From: the human T2T-CHM13v2.0 reference genome, Homo sapiens
DNA: 64,000 nt
Strand: one strand, 5' to 3'
Assembly: GCF_009914755.1 (NCBI RefSeq)
Contig: NC_060942.1
Both the position numbers and the translations under genes were made by a program. Below, piece by piece: positions 55,645 to 64,000 of the stretch; position 1 is the first letter of the stretch, and each line of letters begins with the position of its first letter. Below the pieces are notes generated by a model that was not told where the DNA came from, did not search any database, and was given only the letters and a program-made list of their open reading frames with translations.

Positions 55645-56570
55645 GTTAGTACATAATATGTGTACATGTTTATGGTGTATATGTGATATTTTGATACAAG
55701 CTTACAATGTGTAATGATCAAATTAGGGTAATTGGGATATGCATCACCTCAAACATTTATCATTTCTTTGTGTTGGGAACATCCCAAATCTTTTCTTCTA
55801 GCTACTTTGAAAAAAACAAAACATTACTGTTAACCATATTCACCCTGTTGTTCTGCATAATACTGGAACTTATTTTTTTAATCTGTCTGTATCTTTGTAC
55901 CTGTTAACCAGCTTCTCTCCATCTCCCCTTCCATTTCCCTTCCCACCCTCTGGTAAGCATCATTCTACCCACTACCTCCATGAGTTCTACATTTTTAGCT
56001 CCCACATATGTGTGAGAATATGTGATATTTGTCTTTATCTTTCTGAGCCTGGCTTATTTCATTTAACATAATGAACTCCAGTTACATCCATGTTGATGCA
56101 AATGACAGGATTTCCTTTTTTTATGGCTGAATAGTACTCCATTGTGTATATGTGCCAAATTTTCTTTATCCATTCATCTGCTGATGGACACTTAGGTTTA
56201 CTCCATATCTTGGCTATTGTGAGTAGTGCTGCCATAAATGTGGGGGTGCAGGTATCCCTTCACTAATTTACTTTCTGTTGGCAAAATACCCAGTAGTGGG
56301 ATTGCTGGATCATATGATAGTTCCACTTTTAGTTTCCTGAGGAACTCACATACTGTGTTCCAAAATGGGTTTACTAATTTACATTCTCTTCTTTGCATCC
56401 TTGCCAGCATCTGTTACTTTTTGTCTTTTTGATAATAGCCTTTCTAACTGGGGTAAGATGATGTCTTATTCTGGGTTTGATTTGCATTTCCCTGATGACT
56501 AGTGATGTTGAGCATTTTTTAATATGTCTGTTGGCCATTTGTATGACTTCTTTTAGAAATGTCTATTTGT
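55645..56570 (-). mobile_element. L1MA (MA3/4-like) 3' portion, apparently inserted in a MIR
   Basis: AATGTGTAATGATCAAATTAGGGTAATTGGGATATGCATCACCTCAAAC; MIR-like halves at ~55560-55635 and ~56575-56655. Confidence 0.85.
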
Positions 56571-56701
56571 ATTCTCTAACTTAATTTTCACTAAAAACTG
56601 TGAGATAGATACTATTATTATTCCTTTTCTCAAAGAAGGAAACCAAGGCACAGCAAGAGCTTCCTCCTCACAGTATGCATTATTACAATGGTTAGAAATA
56701 A

Positions 56702-57103
<402 letters not shown>

Positions 57104-57399
57104 TTAACCTGTGTTCTTAATATCAACTGCTCTTTCATACTCAAGAATATTGTCTCTGCTCTCATTTTCTTCTTCCTGACTCTTGACATCCTCTGTCTGC
57201 AAATTCCACTATGCTTCTTTCTCTTCAGAGCCACACTCTGCCAAGCATGTGCCATGCTTCCTGGGCTATTTTTTCACTGAATCACTATGTAATCTGGATA
57301 TTTCTTTTTTTGCCACGTCTCTACTAAAACTATTCATTCTATGTTTGCCAGTCTTTAAATTGCCATATCTAATGGACGCCTTTCCTTCTTTCTTATTTT

Positions 57400-58376
57400 A
57401 TCTTTCAGAGTATCTGATGCTGCTGGAATCTTCTTTCTTGTGAATTGCCTCCTCTATTGACTTACAAGTCAACACACTTCTGGTGTTGCTCCTTCATGTA
57501 TATCAGCATCTTCTCTTTCGCTCATGGACTTTCCTCCCGCAGCTTGCTCCTCAAGTGCTAATGTTCCCTAGAATTACTGTGTTGGTTCTTTATATACTCT
57601 GCCTGAGAAATCTCACCCACTGATGATGGAACAGTCAATATTTAATTCAAATTTATTACTCTTGATTTATCTCACTACTGACAACTGAATGAAGGTACCC
57701 TGCAAGTACCTGTAGCCTGAACTCCCCACATCCCATATCCTCTGCCCAATCTGTTCCAGCCTTGTGGGGAATGATGCTACTAGTCACCATATCCTACTAG
57801 TCCTACTAGTTGCCATGTCAGCAACAGCTATTCTTCTGTTTTCTTTATTTCCAACGAGACTCAGTCACCAGGTTCTGTCAGCTTTCTTCTTCCTGCCTAT
57901 CCCATTGCCTTAACTCAGTTGAGACACATCTGATTATTATGTGATAATCTTTGCCTATCTCTACTTCCCACCACACCACCGCATGCACAGTATGCCCCGG
58001 CTTAGCTCACCAACGTCCGGGTCTCAGTATCATTCCATGTAATTGCACTTCACTGTAATCTATTTTTCTGGTTACATCTACTTATCTTTTAGGATACTTC
58101 ATATATACCCTCATCCAAGAAGCTGTTCCTGATTCCTGTGTGTTGAATTAAATGCTCATCCCTTATGTTGCATATCTTTCTGAGAATACCTCTAAAATAG
58201 AAGTTATCACACTTATTACAAAGAAAACGTTTGGTTTACTTGCCTGTTACCCCCTCTAAACTCTATGCTTTTGGAGGGCATAGCTGTCATTGATTATTTC
58301 TGTATCTCCAGCACATCCTACAATATGCTGCCAGAATAAATGTTGCATAAATGCTATCTGAATGATTAAATGAATT
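57400..58376 (+). mobile_element. L2 fragments including 3' end
   Basis: TTTCTGTATCTCCAGCAC...ATAAATGCTATCTGAATGATTAAATGAA resembles the L2 terminus; very degenerate. Confidence 0.5.
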
Positions 58377-58792
58377 TTAAGTGATCACTTAACTAAAGGG
58401 AAAATACCAGATTAAACTCATTTTCACTACAACTATAAAGTGTTGGGCGGCAGGCCTTGGAATACATTTTCTGAGCTAGGAAATGCCTTGTGATATTTAT
58501 AGATGTGCATCCTGCATCATGACAAGACTGATATTTTTTCTGCCTTTAAGCTTGTTTTATTTCTGAGTTGGACTTTGCATACACTCAGAGTGGTGAGATT
58601 ATATGGATATGGAGGTTGGCAAAGGAATGAGAATCTCTCACATTCCTTAATAACCTCCCTCTAACCTCAGGATTTTTTTTTCAGCCTCCCTATGTGCCAG
58701 CTAATCATAGTCAATGAATCCAAGTTAGAAGACCCTTTAGAGATCATGTACTCCAACACTATTATTTCATATGTGAGGAAACTGAGTCCCAC

Positions 58793-59548
58793 TGTATTGG
58801 CTTCCTAGGGCTGCCATAAGCAATTACCCCCATACATGATGACTTAAAACCACAGAAATTTATTCTCTCATAGTTCTCTAGGCCAGAATTCCAAGATCAA
58901 GATGTTGTCAAGAGATCAAGATGAAGGCTGCAGGAAAGAGTTCTTCCTTGCCTCTTCCAGCTTTTCATGGCTCTGGTTTTTGCTTGGCTTAGGGCTGTAC
59001 CACATCAATCTCTGCCTCTGTCTTTCCATGGCCTTCTTCCCAGTGTTTCTCTAAGATGTCTCCTCCTCTATCTTTTATAAGGACACATGTCATTGAATTT
59101 AGAACCCACCCTAAATTCAGGAAGATCTCATTATGAGATTCTTTATTTTTTAATTAATTAATTTTTTTATTATTACACTTTAAGTTCTAGGGTACACGTG
59201 CACAATGTGCAAGTTTGTTACAAATGTATACATGTGCCATGTTGGTGTGCTGCACCCATTAACTCATCATTAGGTATATCTCCTAATGCTATCCCTCCCC
59301 CCTCCCCCCACCTCACAACAGGCCCCAGGGTGTGATGTCCCCCTTCCTGTGTCCAAGTGTTCTCATTGTTCAATTCCCACCTATGAGTGAGAACATGTGA
59401 TGTTTGGTTTTTTGTCCTTGCGATAGTTTGCTGAGAATGATTCTTAACTGAGTCACATTTCCAAAAAACAACCTTTTCCCAAATAACGTCACAATCTGAG
59501 GTGCTGTGTACACAGATCTTTTGAGGTCCACCATTTCAACCCACTACA
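58793..59548 (-). mobile_element. MLT1B-type LTR inside a MIR, containing an L1PA fragment
   Basis: TGTATTGGCTTCCTAGGGCTGCC...TTCAACCCACTACA; TSD CCCAC/ACCAC. Confidence 0.85.
59144..59438 (-). mobile_element. Short 5'-truncated L1PA (PA4/5-like)
   Basis: L1 3'UTR; 7-bp TSD GATTCTT at 59137-59143 and 59439-59445. Confidence 0.92.
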
Positions 59549-59761
59549 ACCACCTCTCCAAAGGCCCAGAACTAGGTAGTGGTATAGTTGCATTAGACTC
59601 AGTTTCCAGTACCCAAGTTGAGGACAGCTGAAAATTGCCCTGCACACTGCACCGTAAGATGTGCTCTGGCAAAGGGGAGGAGTGTAGTTGATCTCATATT
59701 GGCAAGACCTCAGCTGTGATTCATTTTATTTATTCACTAATATATGTGTTCTGAAATACAC

Positions 59762-60064
59762 TGCTATGATCTGAATGTTGTGCCCCTGTACTCCCATTCA
59801 TATGTTGAAATCTAATTACAAATGTGATGATATTAAGAGATGGAGCCTTTGGGAAGTAATTAGATTATGAAGCTGGAACCCACATGAATGGGATTAGTTT
59901 CCTTGTAAAGGAGGCCTCAGAAAGCTGCCCTGTCCTCTCCAGACACTGAATTTACCTTGATCTTGGACTTCCCACCCTTTAGAGCTGTGAGAAATATATT
60001 TCTATTATTTATAAGCCACTCAGTTGATAGTAGTTCATCATAGCAGCCTAAGCAGACTGAGACA
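59762..60064 (+). mobile_element. MST/MLT1A-type LTR with internal deletion
   Basis: TGCTATGATCTGAATG...ATAGCAGCCTAAGCAGACTGAGACA; TSD TACAC/CACAC. Confidence 0.82.
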
Positions 60065-60469
60065 CACACAGAATTGGAAAAAGAGAAGTGTGTAATGAAA
60101 GTTGTTGAGATTCTGTCCTGACTGATGCTCCTAAATCCTTTCTATACTATTTGGCCCAATTATCTTTGTAGATATATTTCCCCCCAGGAAAGAATCAATA
60201 GATACTCTGCTCTGTTTCAATTTCTTCCCGTATTACTTATATGTTTTCTTTCTATCTATAAAAAAATAAGATTGGGTTTTCTGAAATATATTTTTTATTC
60301 CTGTGAGAATCAGTTTTTCTACACCACAGACACAAATCAGAACTAATTCACAGCAGATGTGAGCATTCATAAGGAGAAGTATGTTTTATATTTCCTGCAT
60401 GAAAGTATAGTGAAGGTTCAGGACATGCGTGAAGGCCCATTGTGTTGAAGTAAGGGTGTTTCTTCTATG

Positions 60470-60595
60470 TTCCTCCCCACTTTTCAGGTGAGGAACTAAA
60501 GTTCAAATCAATCAGAAAGATAACTGAGCAGATGTGTATCTGGTCAGGGATCTGGGTCCTGATCTCTGTGTTGCCAAAGTATATACTCTTTCCTA
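60470..60595 (-). mobile_element. MIR fragment
   Basis: CCCCACTTTTCAGGTGAGGAACTAAAGTTCA. Confidence 0.5.
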
Positions 60596-61850
60596 CATCT
60601 TCTTTACATTAATACATCCTGATTTGTTGTAATAACTAGACAGAAGTAGAAATAACAGCACAACGTATATGCAACTGGTGGCAGCAACAATCTATCAGAA
60701 TGGTCAATAATGATCATATCAGCTTTGGTACAGAGTTGCACCTGTGTACACCTTGGGTTGGAGCCTCAGGGTCAGGAAGGCAACAAAAATGGATCTAGAC
60801 AGGAGCCATGACAGTCTCTGCAGTAACCAGTCTCAGCTGAGTGTTCACCAGTACACGTGTGAGGAAGGATGGAAAGTTAATCCTGCTGCACAGTTTTTTA
60901 TATTGGGTTCTTTTCTATGCATTTGCTTACTTAATTGAATATCTATTAAACAAATTGTAACCTTTCTGCAGTTCCATCAATCTTGGTTCTTCTAAATAAT
61001 CATGTTCCTGGCTTTATAAATACTCAAGCCATAAGAATTTGCTACTAAAAGGGTAGCCTGAAAAGGGGAAGGCAACCAAAATAGGTGTTACTCACCTAGC
61101 GCACTGAATGCTTGATAAAGCGCAAAGTTGCAGAAGCAACTATTGTACTAAGGATTTCATTTGTACTTCCTTCTATATTATTTTAAAAAGAATTAGAGAC
61201 TGTTTTGTTTATCTTGTTAGTCAAAATTACATAAACCTTTAAATTTGCAGTTTGTAAATGCTATGACAAATTCAAATATAAATCTTAGTCTAGTAATAAT
61301 TCTTTAATGTATTTTTCATAATTCTATTACAAAAAAGAGATAGGTAAAAATAACAAATACTATAATTATGTTGAATTATTACAAAGACTGTTATGTCCTA
61401 ATACTGCTTATTCTCTTCATATCCAAATTATGTAATAAAATGATTGAGTTCTGTGTTATGAAACTGTGAACTCTTTGAGAACTGTAAACTTAACAAGTTT
61501 CCTCAAATAACTTTGACTCTTTCAGACAGGCCCTCCAAGAGCATCTGTTGAATTAATGTTGTAGCAAATGGGAAGGTAAAATGTGCTTGCGTGTGTTAAT
61601 GACATGTTATTATTGTCTTCCCTGCAGAGAAATTGTAATGAGCAGTTGCACCTATTGGCTGGTGGTTGCTGGAATGCATGCTGCCTGCCCCAAGTCTGGC
61701 TGTCTTCTATTTTCATATCTGGACCTCTTTCTGTTTCCTATTGTCTGAGTCTGACCTCTGGTTTTAAAATCAATCCCTGACCACTAGCTCAATATTTCAG
61801 ATCAAAATAGCTCTGCCAATTGTTCTCTAATCTTATACTTTAGCTCTAAG

Positions 61851-61943
61851 TCCTTCCTTCCTTCCTTCCTTTCTTCCTTCCTTCCTTCCTTCCTTCCTTC
61901 CTTCCTTCTTTCCTTCCTTCCTTCCATCCATCCATCCATCCAT
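61851..61943. repeat. (TTCC)n-(TCCA)n microsatellite at an L2 tail
   Basis: Directly visible. Confidence 0.95.
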
Positions 61944-62450
61944 CAGTACATATTAGTTAAGAGGTTACTGGGTGATACTTTGGCTAGATGTTAGAGAAGC
62001 AAGACAAATAAAACTTTTCTCATGGAGTTTACAATCGAGTGGGCAAGATCAGATCAGACATTGACTGTGGAACAGTAAGGATAAAGAGTGTTAAAAATGT
62101 GGACCTGCAGGATGTTGTGGGAGTGCAGCACAGTAGGAGCTTGCCTTACCTGACGTTTCAGGACAGCAATCTCTGGAGAAATGATATTCCAGAAACCTGA
62201 TGTATGTGTTGGATACAGCCAAAGTAAAGATAAGGGCTAGTGTGTTTTAGCCAGAGTAATGCATGGACAGGCACTGATATTGCCTGGGTATGTTTGACGA
62301 ACAGAAAATAGACCAGCATGACTGAAGGGCAGAGACCTAGGGGGCTCAGGGATAGGGGGAGTTACTGCTTGTAGAAACGGTTTAGGGCTTGGCAATAAGA
62401 AATCTTTGAATAATTTTAAGGTGAGAAGAGGCATGGTCAGTGAGGCAGAT
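61944..62450 (-). mobile_element. L2 3' region
   Basis: CTCATGGAGTTTACAATCGAGTGGG...ATGTTGTGGGAGTGCAG...GGAAATCTTTGAATAATTTTAAGG. Confidence 0.6.
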
Positions 62451-62489
62451 GCTGTCTCTTTGTCCAGCTCTAAGCTCACATGCAGCTGA

Positions 62490-62905
62490 GATGGACTATT
62501 TCCAGACTCACTGGCCACTTCCAATTTCAAGCACCCTCATCCCTCAGCCTTCCTACCTGAGAGTTTTCTTTTGGTGCCAGCACATCTTGCTCAGCTGTCA
62601 CGCGAGCTATAGCAAGTATTAGGCATTTGAAGTCATGACCATCGGTTTTCAGCAAAAAATGAGTTAGCAGAATTTTTCTTCCTTCAGTGGGAAAATTCTG
62701 AGAAATTTTGACATGGTCCTTCAGAATGCCCTAGGGGGATTAAGCCTCTGTTGTGATCAGAGTCACCTGTTTATTAGCTTCTCCATTTCTCTGGCCTACT
62801 TCCTCTACTGTTTCACTTGTGCTTCTTGGATAATATCCTAAATAAACTACCTGCATGGAAGTCCTTATCTCAGGATTTTCTATTTAAGGAACTCAAACTA
62901 AGAGG
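62490..62905 (+). mobile_element. LTR16-type ERVL LTR
   Basis: 3' end CCTAAATAAACTACCTGCATGGAAGTCCTTATCTCAGG...AACTCAAACTAAGA; 5' limit uncertain. Confidence 0.72.
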
Positions 62906-63665
62906 GATAATACCAGAAGTTATATTAAAAAGCAGATTCTAAGAATGGGGTTCCAATTGGAGGACTCACTGGTCATATAGCAACAAAAACTATTGCTAGT
63001 GATGGCGAGTGGGGGTAGTGATAATCCCTGGAGCTTGGAGCATCATATTTACTCAGTCTCCCCTGTGGTGAATTGGGTTGAGGTAAAGATTGAAGCTGAA
63101 CCATTAACTTATGCAACAACTTTTATACTTGAACACATATGGGAGCAATGCTAATTATATGGGTTGTGGAGTTGTCTGGCATGTGTTCACATCTCTAGAA
63201 TCCTTGATGAAAGAAAATAACAGGCTCAGATCCATAACTATCATCCAGGGCACACTTTAAGAACTGGAAAATGTTCTGTAGCCACAGGACAGACTATATT
63301 AAAAAAATATAACAGGAGACGAAAATGTAAAAGAAGATGGAATGCACAATCTGGTAGGTCTCTTATGCAAAAATCAGGGTCCTAATACTTCATTATTCTC
63401 AGAGTCCTAATACTTTATTATAATCTATTACTTTAAGATATTAGGGAGCTCAGTTTTGTAACGGAATCTCTCCTTAATAATATTTGGTTCTTAAGATTCT
63501 GAGACCTAGAATGGGAACTTTTGAGGGGGGATGCACGGTAATATTAAGGCCCCAAAGTCTTATGAGCTCTCTGGATAGGCACAAGTGGCTTCCTTGCCCT
63601 TGTTAAAGGTTAAATGTCCACTAGAGTGAAACTCCACAAATAATGGTGCTCCCATTCCTCAGTGA
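62906..63665 (+). mobile_element. ERVL internal region (ERV3-16A3-like leader/gag relic)
   Basis: TACCAGAAGT...AAGCAGATTCTAAGAATGGG...GTAGTGATAATCCCTGG...CCTGTGGTGAATTGGG directly after the LTR. Confidence 0.6.
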
Positions 63666-63675
63666 GACCATTCTA

Positions 63676-63969
<294 letters not shown>

Positions 63970-64000
63970 AAGACCATTCTAATATGTGTTCTGCATGGTT

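Noticed and set aside
61085-61100. Minus-strand consensus donor AG|GTGAGT
   Set aside because: Isolated site with no convincing partner acceptor or ORF

Overview
This is primate, very likely human, non-coding genomic DNA (intergenic or deep intronic). It is AT-rich and CpG-poor with many interspersed repeats: 13 Alu copies, about 10 L1 pieces of all ages, many MaLR/ERVL/ERV1 LTRs, MIR/L2 relics, Tigger DNA transposons and microsatellites. I see no host protein-coding exon, RNA gene, CRISPR array or CpG island. Most ORFs in the track come from repeats or look like chance frames, the longest being the ORF2 C-terminus of a young 5'-truncated L1. I did not find a new multi-gene system. The best-supported points of interest are structural: (1) a ~520-bp post-insertional inversion that cuts through an MLT2 LTR and its nested AluJ (13059-13891); (2) an L1 with pre-Ta L1HS diagnostics, a 17-bp target-site duplication (TSD) and a composite tail, so possibly polymorphic (40903-42476); (3) two twin-primed, 5'-inverted L1PA insertions; (4) a fold-back hairpin replacing an Alu 5' end; (5) several slippage duplications, one creating tandem AG|GTRAG recursive-splice-like motifs; (6) a strong minus-strand bias of Alu and L1 insertions. 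Repeat subfamily names come from my recall of consensus motifs, not a database search, and boundaries of old elements are approximate.
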